A DNA stretch of 64,000 nucleotides from Ginglymostoma cirratum (GCA_024137785.1 JAHRHZ010000030.1:5372220-5436219); one strand, 5' to 3'. Shown: positions 26,400 through 40,043, numbered from the stretch's first letter. Made by a program: numbers and translations. Notes: a model not told the origin generated them from the sequence alone.

Positions 26400-27300
26400 T
26401 AAAATAAAAATAGAAAATGTAAACCCCAAAACAAAACGACAAATTCCCTCCGCCGCAACGAGAGTAGGAACCCGAGGCAAAACAAAGCAGAGGGTACTAC
26501 AATCCGTTAATAAGAAACTTAACTGGTTATAAACATGGGGAGGGAGGGCAGATTTAAAAACAATATCTACGTTAGAAAAGAATGTATCAATTCAAATGGG
26601 CAGTTCGGCTTTGGGAAAAAGTCCAAAGGACGTTACATCTGGTCCAAGCTCTAATAATCAATTTGGGTCTTTTGATCAGCGATAAATTGAGGGGTATTCG
26701 CGGGGGAGAACGGACAAGAATGTGGAGTCAAGGCCACAAACGAAACCTTCCCGAATGGCGGAGCAGGCGGGTGTGGAAACCGAATGGTCTATTCCTGCTC
26801 CTGACGATCCAGTGGCACGGAGAAATCCGGGGAAGTGCTGCGGGCCTTACCTGGTTCAGACAGTCCTCGCCGTTCGCTTTGGGATCCACCTCCACTTCCA
26901 TCACCACCGAGTCGGGCCTGGTCACGTAGCACAGCATGGCGATACCAGGACTCTCGGGGATCCGGATCACTGGCCGTCACTCTCCTTTTCGATACTGCGG
27001 ATAGCACCCCACTCCCCTCAAACTGGCATCAAGGCTCAGCCGGACTTGACCAGCCTAGGCCGCCGGTACCAAGCACTGGGCCCTGTTCACATACAGCTGT
27101 CCAGCTCCAGGCCTTAACCCGGTAGGAGCCCCCGGCTTTGAGTTCTTGGACCTAACAGCAGATTGTACCCTCACACACAGCCCACTCTCCGAGTTCTAGA
27201 CGCTCCGTTCCAGTTTCTTTCCACAAATACCCGGCTTGACGTCAGCTAGACGGCAGAAAACCAATTGCAGAAAAGCATTACTGTTCTCTGACCAATAGGA
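26400..27300 (-). promoter_or_regulatory. CpG-rich MYLIP promoter/exon 1 region with a CRE and two CCAAT boxes
   Basis: CpG density is visibly elevated. TGACGTCA at 27237-27244; CCAAT at 27261-27265 and 27292-27296. Confidence 0.7.
26851..26937 (-). CDS. MYLIP: MYLIP/IDOL coding exon 1 ([29 protein letters not shown])
   Basis: gccATG at 26937. The 87 nt encode the characteristic MYLIP N-terminus. Donor AG|GTAAGG at 26850, phase 0. Confidence 0.97.
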
Positions 27301-27529
27301 AAACATGTAGCTTGAAGGGAGAAACAGAAAGAAACTGGATCGAGTCTCTTCAAATGAGATCACCGGCTCTCTGTGGGATCTTTATCCCTGAGATCACCAG
27401 TGTTCTCAGTGAGATCTGCCACAGTGGGGTTACAGGCTCTTTCCGTGGAATCTCTAATCAGCGAGTGGCTTGTAAGAGGAAACTGGTGTTACACAATGCT
27501 ACCACTGAGCATCAGAAGTGAAGGGAGAG

Positions 27530-28400
27530 TACATCATAGTCATACAGCATGGAAGCAGACCCTTCAGTCCAAACTAAACTAGTCCCACGTGCCTGCGCTT
27601 GGCACATAACCCTCTCAACATTTCTTATTCATGTACTTATCGAAACGTCTTTAAAACGTTGGTAGCAATACTTGCATCCACCATGCCACTCCTCAACCCA
27701 TTGGCCCAATTGATAAAGATTCCTTTATAATCTTAGATAACCTTCTTCACTGTCCACTATGGCATAAATTTATGTCATCTGCAAACTTACTAACCATGCT
27801 TCCTAAATGCTCATCTGAATCATTTATATGAATGACAAACGACAGTGGACCCAGCACTAATCTCTGCAGAAGCATTATGTAATTAGTTGTCCTAAACATG
27901 TCTATGCTGTTTTAACTTTATTAATCTACATTTGTCCACTGTTACTGTTAAGTTTGTCCTGGATTATCCTCCCAAAAATTTTCCAATTACTGACTTGCCT
28001 GCACTTATCTGGCTATGATGGACTTATCATTGCATTTTTTGAAACAAAGCTATAATATTTACAATTCCCAAGCCTTCAGGTGACAGCTCTGTACCCAAGG
28101 AGGATGGAAAGATTATAGCCACTGTCTTTGTATTTCCACTCTTACTCTTCTGACAACTTTAGATTCAGACAGCTTTCTGATACTTCCTCTTTAATCAATT
28201 TTTAGCTCATCTAGTTTCTCAACTACCTTCTCTTTCACTATGACATTATCAGCAGTTTCTTCCTTGGTAAAGACAGAACCAAAGTACTCATTCATTACCC
28301 CCAGCATTTCGTCTAGCTGCATGTACGAATTGAGCTTCTATTCGTCGTCAGCCTTACTCCTGCTGTCACTGCCCCTTTAATCTGAATTTCTTTAGATTGT
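27530..28400 (-). mobile_element. Decayed CR1 fragments
   Basis: CR1 3' tail at ~27540. gtcatctgcaaactt is the reverse complement of KFADD. Confidence 0.6.
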
Positions 28401-29099
28401 CTCAGCATGATTCTTCTTTCTTAAGAGAGAGAAAATAGGAATTAAGTACTCAGTGAAAATGGGCAGATTTCTCAAAGAGAGACAGAAATAAGGAGAAGAT
28501 GGAGATTTAAAAAGAGCCCATTAACAGCAAAAGAGAGAATGAGGGACTATCCCATTTTAAGAGACAGTATTCAAGTTGATATAAACCCTATTGAGAAAAT
28601 ATAGGGACTAGTGAGAGCTTCTATTGTCTGAGGGATCAAGTAAGAGACCTTATTATGTTCTTCTTCCCTGTTGTTATTAGACTGCTGAATGGACTTATCT
28701 AACTTCAACTCTAATGGTGATCTTGCTTCTGCAGCTGTAACCTTGTTATCCTCGCTCTGTCTAAACACTCAATGATCTGTATGTCTTTGTATGTTGTGAT
28801 CTGCCTGTAGTGCTCGCAATACAAAACTTTTCACTGTACTTGGGTACATATGACAATAATGAATCAAATCAAATATGCAACAGCAATCTACTGATAGAAA
28901 TCGCATTGTAAGTTATAAGACAAAAGGAAGGGCCTAACAAAGAGAGAGAATGATTCAATTATGATTATTAGATGGTGAGATCCTGCTAAGTTAGAGACCT
29001 TTTTGGGAAAGATCCTATTGTGAAAAGAGAGCAAGATGAGGATATCCCAGCGTGAGGCAGATTGGAAAAGATTTATTCAAGAAAAGAGGGGGACAGAAA

Positions 29100-29755
29100 G
29101 CAAGAGACTACAGACTAGTTTGTTTGACTCTAGAATCTAATGTAACAAGGTTATAGCAGGGCACTTAAAGAATCTTAATGCAACGAGGCAGAGTCAACAT
29201 GGTTTTGTGAAAATGAAATTGTGTTTGATGTGTTTATTATTTATCAAGGAAGTAACAAGCAATGCTGTTCTGATGAATTGTCACTGGACTGGAAACGTTA
29301 ATGCTGTTTTCTCTTCACAGATGATACCAGAAATTCTGGACTTCTGCAACGATTTCTGTTTTTGTTTGTTTTGTATCTTCAGCACCTGCAGTTCTTTGTT
29401 TTGTTTCAGTGAATCAAGAGGAACCTGTATGTGATGTATTTGGATTTCTAGATTTGACAAGAAGCCAAGTCAAAGGTTATTCATACTGTCGACTCTAACA
29501 CATTTACAAAGATAGAGGTTGGTTAGTTATTTGGGGCAACAGCACATGCATAACTATCATTTTTGGGCTGACTAGATGTAACAAGCTGGATACCACAGGG
29601 ATCAGTGCTGGGGATTAAATTATTTACAAACTACATCAATTACCTGGATGAATGGATTGGATATATAGTCACTAAATTTGCTGATGATTTAAAAAGGTAG
29701 GTAAGAGATTAAGTTGTGAAAAGGATACAGGAGTCTGCAAGTGGATTTAAATGGT
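29100..29755 (+). mobile_element. CR1 RT fragment interrupted by a family-2 hammerhead repeat (29268-29409)
   Basis: QHGFVK, PQGSVLG and KFADD coding remnants. Confidence 0.72.
29268..29302 (+). ncRNA. Minimal hammerhead motif, family 2
   Basis: ttCTGATGA-att-gtc(actg)gac-tg-GAAA-C-GTT-a. Confidence 0.6.
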
Positions 29756-32126
29756 GAACCCTTACAAATATGGCATCCAGTCCGTTTCACATCAGAAGGA
29801 TATATAGATATACAGGTGTAATTATCAAATTTGAGTAAACTCCATAGCTTCCAAGCTCTCTTCTTGCTCTAGAGAGTAAAAAAAAGAAGCATTATACAAA
29901 CTGCATGTAAGACAAAAAATGTCTGTAATAAGAACATGAGGTAAAACAGGAATGAACTGAAAGAGAATTAACAGAAAATGTGGAGGGTGTGAACAAAAGA
30001 AAAAAAAATGAGAAGCAGAGAGACAGAGAGTGAGAAACAGAAAAAAGAGGGGAGAGAAACAGACAACATGAAGATAGAAACAGAAATTAAGGGCAAGAGA
30101 ACCAGAACAGTTTAAATGGGGGTCTACACATTGACTGATATGTTGCTGTGCTATAAGTTCTATGATTCTCTAGTTCAGAGACGTGAACATAAGTGAATGA
30201 GGGAAAAATATAAATGGAGAAAAGGGATGCATTTCTGTAGAATTATTAATATCAGTGTTCATAACTAAATCACTGAAAGGCTATGAGAAATTCTATGAGG
30301 GACCCAGTCAAAAAAGTGTGGAAATGACAATTATGACTAATGACGACTTTAATTGGCTTCACTGGAGTCATTCATAAAGAACACATGCTCAACTATATTA
30401 CAGGAGCACTGCAGGTTGAAGAATGAAGCAAAAATGGCACCATATGCAGACACATGTTGGTGAAGGGTGAAGAGAGAAGGAGAAAGTCATTCTTGAGCAA
30501 AGAGAAAGGCAGCTCCTAATGAGAATACAACTAAGGCAAAGGGAGCAGAGAGAGAGAGGGAATAACACCACACAGGAAAATAGAGGAAAGAAAGAGAAAA
30601 GGAGAAAAAGCAATGAGTGGAAAATGCTGTATTGTGAGGGTGACAGACAGAGATAAGATTGGATAGAGTCTTACCTAGTGAGTTGGAGCAGTAGAAGAAA
30701 GAGATTGAGAGAGGGAATCAATTTTTGGAATTCATCTCTGGCTATGTTAGAATAGATAAACCATCACTTTCAAGGCTTTATGGCACTACAGTAAAAGACA
30801 AAACACCTTTAAACTCACAAGAAGGAATGTAATTATTTTGCCTCACCAAGAAGACATTTTAAAAGTCTGGTTTTTAATGGCTATTGTAAGAAATCTGTAT
30901 ACTGTTTAAATTGTTGGTATTTCAGGCAAATTGTTTTGTAAAATAATAACAAAAAACTGCATTAAATGAGCTAAAGAGAGCCAAAAGATGCCCCTAGGAG
31001 CATAGATTCACTGAAAAAATTCTTGTATTCTTCATGTCTGTTTGTTTGGAATATAGGAGTCAGTGCAGGACTCATGCATCATTCATTTTCCTTAACTGTG
31101 AAATTATTTTCTTCTAATGCTTTCTAATTTTCCAGTTATAATGTTGGGCAGGTGAGCTGCTCAGAGGTTTCTATATTGATGTGACAGCAATTCATTAGGC
31201 TTTGGCCTAAGGGATGACTCTTCTGACTATTCTTCCCTGTATTTGAAAACCATTTAGCTACTCAGCAATGTTTTCCAGTGCAGTATGGATGGCGTTGTAA
31301 ACTTATTGGGATCATTGTGCAAATCCACCTTGATTTAATTCCTAATAAAGAAAACCAACATTTATTTGTACAAGAACCGCATCATTTCTCCTGCCAGTTT
31401 TTGTACTTTATTTTGGCCAGTTTCCATTGAATGTTAAGGAAAATGTAACAAACAAGTAGAATTGATGGACTGAAATCCCAGCCCACAGGTCAGAGATAGA
31501 TTTAAGACACGACCACATAAGTTGAGTTTCCATACAGATAGGCTCGTCTAGGGACACCGCCTGTTTGTGTAAATTCAACAGTTCCTAAGAATAAGTGTAA
31601 CTTTTATGACGGAGTACTCCTGGCACAGAGAATCATGTGATGGAATAATATTGGGAATTTTACTGTGAAGCTCAGCATGTTCCCTTTGTGGTCTGTATGA
31701 TAATTTTGTGTTGCAAATCAAGTGTGGAAGCCTGCATAGCTAAATTCCTATCAGCCTTGCCAAGTCAGCTGGGAAGACCAATGGCAGATGGACTTCAGCC
31801 CAGAGAGGTGTGAGGTAATGCACTTGGGGAATGCTAACAAATCAAGGGATTACATGATGAATGATAAGACCCTGAAAAGTACTGAAGATAGGAGGGACCT
31901 TGGTGTGCAGGCCAAATAAATAAAGAGGATAGGAAGGCACTTGATTTTATCAGTTGAGGCATAGAATACAACAGCAGGGTGCTTATGCTAAAACTTTATA
32001 AAATACTAGTTGGCCACAACTGATTGCAGCTCTGGCCATCACATTATAGGAAGCTGCAGAGGAGATTTGCCAAGATTCTGGCTGGGCTGGGCATTCCAAC
32101 TATAAAGAAAAGTTGGATAGACTGGG

Positions 32127-34077
32127 GATAACGAGGTGTGGAGCTGGATGAACACAGCAGGCCAAGCAGCATCAGAGGTGCAGAAAACCTGACGTTTTGG
32201 GTCTAGACCCTTCTTCAGAAATGGGGGAGGGGAAGGGGATTCTGAAAGAAATAGGGAGAGAAGGGGAGGCGGATAGAAGATAGATAAAGGAGAAGATAGG
32301 TGGAGAGGAGACAGACAGGTCAAAGAGGCGGGGTTGGAGCCAGTAAAGGTGAGTGTAGATGGGGAGTTAGGGAGGGGATAGGTCAGTCCACGGAGGACAG
32401 ACAGGTCAAGGAGGTAGGATGAGGTTAGTAGGTAGGAGATGGGGGTGGGGCTTGAGGTGGGAGGAGTGGATAGGAGGAGGGATGAGCTGGGCTAGTTTTG
32501 AAATGCGGTCGGGGGAGAGGAGATTTTGAAGCATGTGAAGTCCACATTGATACCATTGGGCTGCAGGGTTCCCAAGCGGAATATGAGTTGCTGTTCCTGC
32601 AACCTTCAGGTGGCATTGTTGTGGCACTGCAGGAGGCCCAGGATGGACATGTCGTCCAAGGAATGGGAGGGGGAGTTGAATTGGTTCGCGACTGGGAGGT
32701 GCAGTTATTTGTTGTGAACCAAGCATAGCTGTACCACAAAGCGGTCCCTAAGCCTTGTCTTGGTTTCCCCGCTGTGGAGGAGGCCACATCGGGAACAGCG
32801 GATGCAGTGTCCCACATTAGCAGATGTGCAGATGAACATCTGTTTGAAGTGGAAGGTCTTCTTGCGGCCTGGGATGGGGTTGAAGGAGGAGGTGTAGGGG
32901 CAGGTGTAGCACTTCCTGCGGTTGCAGGGAAAAGTGCCAGGGGTGGTGGGGCTGGTGGGGAGTGTGGAGTGGACAAGGGAGTCACGGAAAGAGTGGTCCC
33001 TCCGGAAAGCAGATAAGGGTGGGGATGGAAAAATGTCTTTGGTAGTGGGGTCAGATTGCAGATGGCGGAAGTGTCAAAGGATGATGCGTTGGATCCGGAT
33101 GTTGGTGGGGTGGTACGTGAGAATGAGGGGGTTTCTGTTTTGGTTGTTATTGCGGGGAGTGGGTGTGAGAGACGAGTTGCGGGAAATGCGTGAGACACAG
33201 TCGAGGGCATTTTCGACCACTGTGGAGGGGAAGTTGTGGTCCTTGAAAAAAACGAGGACATCTGGGATGTCCAGGAGTGGAATGCCTCATCTTGGGAGCA
33301 GATGCGGTGGAGGCAAAGGAATTGGGAATAGGGGATGGCATTTTTGCAGGAATGTGGGTGAGGGGAGGTGTACTCTAGGTAGCTGTGGGAGTTGGTAGGC
33401 TTGAAATGGATATCGGTTTCCAGCTGGTTGCCAGAGATGGAAACAGAGAGGTCCAGGAAGGAGAGAGAAGTATCGGAGATGGTCCAGGTGAACTTAAGGT
33501 TGGGCTGGAAGTTGTTAGTGAAGTGGATGAACTGTTCGAGCTCCTCATGGGAGCACGAGGCAGCGCCGATACAGTCATCAATGTAACGGAGGAAGAGGTG
33601 GGGTTTAGGGCCAGTGTAGGTACGGAAGAGGGATTGTTCCATGTATCCTACAAAGAGGCAGGCATAGCATGGGCCCATGCGGGTACCCATGGCCACCCCC
33701 TTTGTCTGTCGGAAGTGGGAGGATTTGAAAGAGAAGTTGTTAAGGGTGAGGTCGAGTTCAGCTAAGCGGATGAGGGTGTCAGTGGATTGGAGGGGGATTG
33801 GTTGGGCCTGCAGGACAGGAAGAAGTGGAGGGCCTTTAGGCCATCTGCATGGCGAATGCAAGTACCTAGGGACTGGACGTCCATGGTAAAGATGAGGGGT
33901 TGGGGACCAGAAAATTGGAAGTTTTGGAGGAGGTGAAGGGTGTGGGTGGTGTCACGGACGTAGGTGAGGAGTTCCTGGACCAAGGTGGAGAAAATGGAGT
34001 CAAGATAAGTGGAGACAAGTTAGATGGGGCCGGAGCAGGCGGAGACAATGGGTTGACCAGGGCAGTCAGGTTTGTAG
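32127..34077 (-). mobile_element. Longest PLE copy (Neptune-type RT + GIY-YIG + 3' repeat), frameshifted, inserted in a CR1 fragment
   Basis: ORF 32425..33861 has NNFSF, QTKGVAMGTRMGP, FLRYIDDC and SFLDL; TMDVQSL lies upstream. Hammerhead at 32191-32218 has GAAA>AAAA. CR1 sequence flanks it at 31770-32126 and 34080-34490. Confidence 0.93.
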
Positions 34078-35789
34078 ATGATTGCCTTAAGTAGCAAAAA
34101 TTAGAAGGGGACTTGATGGTGGATTATAAGGGGCAGAGATAGGGTAGATAAATGGCAGTTTTTCCTACATTGTGGTATAAATAACCAAGATACGTAGATC
34201 TAAGGTAAGGGGGAGAAGGTTAAGAGGAAAGTTGATGAGAAATTGTTTCACTCAGAGGGTGGGAAATCTGGAACACACTTCCTGAAAAAATGGTTAAGTC
34301 AGTAACTCTTGTAACATTTAAGCAGTAATTAGATATTCAATTGTGGTGCCATAGCTGGCAAGGTTACAGAGCTAAGAGCTGGAAAATTAGATTAAATGTA
34401 GTCAAATCTTTGTTGACTGGCATGAACACATTTGGCCAAATGGTCTCTCTCTGTACTTTAAAATGTCTACAGGTCTATGAGTCTATAGACCAAAGTCGGT
34501 CTGAGATTGAGTGTTTCACTTCTGCATTGTAGTAGTGTTTTAGCAGGACTAAATGTCAGGAAGGCAAGCTTTTGGTCTTACCAGAAAGGGCAGACTAACA
34601 CCTGAAGGTAGATCAAATGTCAAACTAAATTCTGAATTTGATTGGAAGGATATAGAAGAATCACAGTAAGGTCTTACTAATTCTCATGAAACTGAGCTTT
34701 AGTGAAGACTTTTACAAGCATTGTAATAAATTATTATTTTCAAACATCCCTTCTCACCAATTTCTGATTAATTAATTAAAAATTGCTTACTGTTTTGATT
34801 GCCAAAAAAAATTCAAGTCAATTGGCAATCATTAAATCCATTAAAAATTCTTCTGTTTCAAATTCTGCATGTCAATACAGTTGGGTTATTTAGAATTGTT
34901 AAAGATGATTCAAAAGGATCTGTTTAAAAACAACAAAATTCTCAAATGACACTCCTTTCCAAGATGTATCCAGAATGTTTCTGTGTAGGCCTGAGTCCTG
35001 TGTATTTTGGGGTCTGGAGTGACTGTATTTTAAGTGGAAAATCTTTGACAATATCACCCTCAAAAGCGAGGCAAAGCAATTCTGCACGTGATTGTATGTC
35101 TCATTGATCCTGGAAATTTAGATAGGACTATTCTTGCCTTGTTCTCTCACTGTTGAACAAGTATTAGATGGATCTATTAATATCAAGGATGTAGTACATG
35201 TTATACTTCCCATATCCAGTAATCTGTAGTCTGGCACCGACTGAACTTTTAGTTTAACGCCACCACCCACTGCACCCACTACCTCTATAGTGCAATTTTG
35301 AAGTTTATTTTAAATAGTTAACTCTTAACAACAAATGATTTATTTTGAGTTACAGGGGGAGTAATGGCTGGTTACCATGGAGTTTACAGCTAGTTACACA
35401 CTGGACTTGCTAGTTAGAGTCCTGGTTAGATCACTTTCACCTTGTCACTCTCAGAGCTCCTGGAGGTGCTGTTATTCAGAAGCACCTCTTCCAACACCTC
35501 ATTCTTCTTGGGAATGTTGGCAGCCACAGGGAGCAGGCAGATAAGCCACAAATTAGGCTTCAGTTTCACAGTGAGAAGATGGCACAAACGAGGAGCATAG
35601 GATAGCATGTTGGACAGATGACCTCCCGTGGTCCAACAATTTCTGTGGTCTGGCAAAGGCCCAATCTCAAGGCTACTGCATTACAGAGGAATAACTTGTA
35701 TCAGTATTAATATAAAGTAAATACCTTGTTTGCCTACACAAGCTTCTGGCTCAGAGACAGAATGCTAGCACTGCATTACAAGATATCCC

Positions 35790-37620
35790 ACCTTGGAACT
35801 ATAGAAACAGAAGAATCAGGAGTCAACTAATTGGCCCCTGAAGCCTGATCAAGGGAGAGTTATGACCTAATTCCAGAGATATATCTTTGTTCATTATTCA
35901 TCAACACCTTTGATAATTATTAATCTGTGATTAAATAAAAATGTAACAGTTGATCTGCATCAATTGCTGTTTAATGAAACTAATTCCTACCTTCTACCAC
36001 CTTTTATTATACCCTCCGAGTGATAGAGTCATTACGGCTCAGAAGGCACCCATTTGGCTGACTGAATTCATGTTTCTTTTAGAAATGATTCCTAACTTCA
36101 CCGTTGAAAGGTCTGGCTGTAACTTTTAAACTATATATCCTAATTCTAGACTCCCAAAAGAGCAGAAAAATCTTTTGTTCATCCATCTATTCCCTGAGTA
36201 CCCTGAAAACACTAATCAAATAGTTTCTAAAATCCAAGGAATACAATCATATTTGTTCAATTTTCTTCTCCTCTATTACGATTCTCATAAATTTATGTTA
36301 CATTCCCTCCAAGATCAATCAATATATCCTCCCTAAGATGTGGTGACACTTTCGATACTCACTTTAAATACTTCAAGTACAGTCTAACCAGGGTTCTATA
36401 TAGCCAAAGAATGGTCCCTCAAAAGGTCATCATTTCATTTGCTTTTTATTACTTGCAGCATCTGTTTATGACATTTTAAATGATCCTAAGTCTCTTTGGA
36501 CCCATGCTATTTCTAGCTTTTTTAAAAAATCTGGACCCATTTGTATCAATTTTGGTGAATCATCCAGTGGCTTTTAAATAATTCCATCCAATCTTCCAAG
36601 CATAATCCAATGGACTTACTGTGGAAAGGTGTCCTCTGGAGATTCCTTGGCACTTAAATTTCCAAAACTCTTGTTTCTTTGAACAAGGATTCTATTCTTA
36701 CCAGTCCTCTGCTTGGTAGTTAACCCAAAAGCAGTCCTTTTCTGTTGGCCAGAATAGCAGCTCCTGTATTTGATCTTTTCTCCCCTTCCTTTCTAGTTAA
36801 CTCCTAGAGTCTGAGCAGCAACGCAAAGAGATGGCTTCTCTTTTAAATTTTACGCCTGACGTGGAATATATTTCAATTTGAATTTATGTTTTCATAGTCA
36901 GCAAGTCACATAGGCCTTTCTTCAGACATACTCAGCATTAGGTCCTATTTTCCCCTTTGCCAAGTTACTTCATTTTATCTTGAATTTTAAAAAGAAAGGA
37001 ACTTTAAAACCCTACCAACTTACCAAGTCTCATTTGTAACACTATTATGAGGGATTTTATCAAATGCTCCTGCAAGTCCATACAGACGACATTTGCTACC
37101 ACTTCAGGAATAAATTCAAGTCCAACTTGCTCATTACAAAAAGTCTATGCTGGTTCTCAGCTCTAAATGTTTGAGATGTTCAGTCACATTTTCTTAACGA
37201 CTGACTTCAGCTATTGCACAACAACAAATGCTAGTCTAACACTTCTATAATTGCCTGCTATTTCTCTCTCACCTTTCTTAATTAATTGAGCAACATGTGC
37301 AGGTTACCAATCTAAAGGAATGATACCCAAATTGAAAGAATTTGGAAGATTACAGGAAAGCCATTTTGTAATTTTCTCACCTATTTCTTTTAAAACCTTG
37401 GGATAAAAACTATATGGTCCTAGAGATGTGACCCTCTTTAATTCAATTATTTACTTCTGTACTTTAATTTGCTTCTGTTAATTCTAGTGAACTCCCATGC
37501 CCTTGATTCAATATTAGTTTCCTTAGGATGTTTTGTTATGTGGACTTCGCTTCTTCTTTAAACTACTGTTGCAAAATAATTACTCAGCTTGCCTGTCATT
37601 TTCTTTGTCTTCATTGACAA
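35790..37620 (-). mobile_element. Old CR1 LINE fragments
   Basis: CR1 3' tail at ~35800 and degenerate RT-region sequence. Confidence 0.55.
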
Positions 37621-37870
37621 ACAGCCTTTACCAGTTTGTAGCATCTTTCATCGAATGAACATGTGGAATGGGGCTGATCACCAAAATATAGAGCAGTCAA
37701 CTAACATTTATTGGTCCTAAGAATCACTAAGGAATTGTAGCTGGTGAATTGCCTTGCCTTCCCCTATCAGACCATGGGATTTTTTTCATCATGGCAGATT
37801 TCATGGGTTTGAGAGAAGTGGCCTTTGGTTGTGAAGTTGTGCGGAACCAAAGAATGGTGCCCCACCAAAA

Positions 37871-38138
37871 GTCATAGAAACCCCTACAGTGTGGAAGCAG
37901 GCCATTCAGCCTATCAAATCCACACAGACCCAGCCCCCAACCTGTTCCCTGCAACCCTACATTTCCCATGGCCAATCCACCTAGCCTGCACATTTTTGGA
38001 CTGTGGGAGGAAACCTCAACACCCAGACAAAACCCACGCAGATGTGGAGAGAATGTGCAAACTCCACACAGTCAGCCAAAGGTAGAATTGAACCCAGGTC
38101 CCTGGCACTGTGAGGCAGTAGTGCTAATTGCTATACCA
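37871..38138 (-). mobile_element. HE1-like SINE
   Basis: Homologous to 23651-23970. Confidence 0.82.
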
Positions 38139-40043
38139 CTCATAAACCAGTTTGTTAATTTTTATTGGAGTTCCGCACAGTCCTCCTCACAATATTTTCT
38201 AGTCTAGTGTCACCTGCAAAGCAATCAGACCCATTGATAAACTGAACATGTTCTTTAAAAGATTGAAGAATGGCTAAAAGTGCAAGAACCCCAAATTTCA
38301 AAATGGAGGGCCTGTACAATTAATACATTTATTTCCAAATATTACTTTTTTAAAATTGTTTTGTCCTTCTGGGAATCATGAACCAATATTTTCCAAAAAT
38401 GCAAGTGTCCTTGGTGCAAGATATGAAGAGAAGGAGACCCATCCATTACCGAAAGTGGGAAGAGGAAGCCCTTTAGTCATTTCCTCAGGAGGGAGAGAAA
38501 AGAGTAGTGTCAGAGTTTGGCATTAGGAGTGGAGCTTCCAAAACATGGATGCAGTGCAAGAAGAGGCTTGTGATTCTACTTAAGTTTAATCATCACTGGT
38601 AAATCCTACTAACTGCACAAATAAGTATACCTACTATACAGCCCCAGGGCTCAATATTGAATTTCACAAATCCAAAGCATGACCTCATGACATCTGTCAT
38701 CCATTTTTCTTCCATTCTTACATAATGTGTTTGTCTTGTTTGTGTCCTGTTTACTTTGGTCTCAGCTAAGAGGACTCATTTCACCCTTCACACCTTAATG
38801 TACATTTATTTTACATCTTTATTTCTGTTTTAGCCCAATTAGCAACTCATTTAGCAGGTGTGGTGGTTAATGCCAGTTTGATAGAAGGTGAAAGTGTACA
38901 CTCGTTGAAAAGTCAGTTGAGGGTTTTGATGGTCTGTGCTACAGAAGAAGTTTTTTTGATTAAAGCAGTCATACATGGTGCACTGATGGTTTAACAGAAA
39001 GGCAAAGAACATGAAAGAATCTCAGAGTTGAGTCTTGCAAGCTTAGGTATTACAGTTGCAGCTATCACTTTTCAAAAGAGCTTCCAGTACATCACAGAAG
39101 TTCAAAATTGTGAAGAGTGGCAGTGGCTCCATGGGAAAGGAATCTGCTGTGGCTTTCAGAATAGCAGGACTCCCACCCTTGCCACCCCTTTATCTGCCAG
39201 CCAGCCCAGATTGACACAGTCATGTCAAAGTGAAGCATTCTGAAGGTAGGCCCTCTAGACCCAGAACTATGCAAGGAAGTCCTCAAGGACAATTGTAATT
39301 TCCTCACTTGAAAGCCAGCAATACTCTACCATCTGTGTCGCAGTCACTGGAGAAGAACTTTGTGGGAGCACTAGAATGAACATAGAAGATTTTGTAGACT
39401 TGCTATACTTGTGGCAATGAGTTGGTGTTGTGAACTAAAGTCATAGGTGATTTACCCTTGTCATTTGGAAGCCAGTTTCTGCCTTGGCCTCATGGTCTGA
39501 TCCAGCTGGAAAGGATGATTACCAGGATATCAAGCATTCATCTTCATCATATACTACCAGTGGTTGCAATACAGCTACACATCGAGGGAGTGGAACGCCT
39601 TTCAGCTGATAAAAAGAGCCAAACTCAGCAGAGGATTGTGAGTGTGCAATTGATGGCACTCTGCACTATGGGAATGCCTCCAATCCATTCTGTGCTCATT
39701 CCAGTTGCTTGTCTCGAGCAGGAAAGATTGAGATGAAGCAGACACTCCATGGGTAGCAAGCCTCAGCCACCTCTCTGATGTAACAGCATGCTGCAAACTA
39801 TAGATGTTGATTACCACTCAAACAATACCCTAAAATAAGTCAGAACCATAAAAAGAAAGAGCCATGATCACCATCACAGCCACAAACAATTCCATTCATA
39901 TCCTACTTTGAGCTAAAATTTGTAGCTGCAGAAATTAACAGATTTCATTCATAACTCCTTTTGCAAAGTAAAGACATCTCACTCATTCAGTATCACTAAG
40001 TTGAGATCAGAGAATTTTGACACAAACACAGCAACAAAATATA

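Noticed and set aside
29980-30720. Purine-rich tract (and the pyrimidine-rich tract at 750-935) as a structural element
   Set aside because: Ordinary low-complexity GA-rich sequence with no defined period or supporting context.
32425-33861. 478-aa ORF as an intact gene
   Set aside because: Only the first ~200 aa are in the PLE RT frame. It then frameshifts into an off-frame Pro/Ser-rich read, and the copy is 5'-truncated, so it is not an active or domesticated gene.
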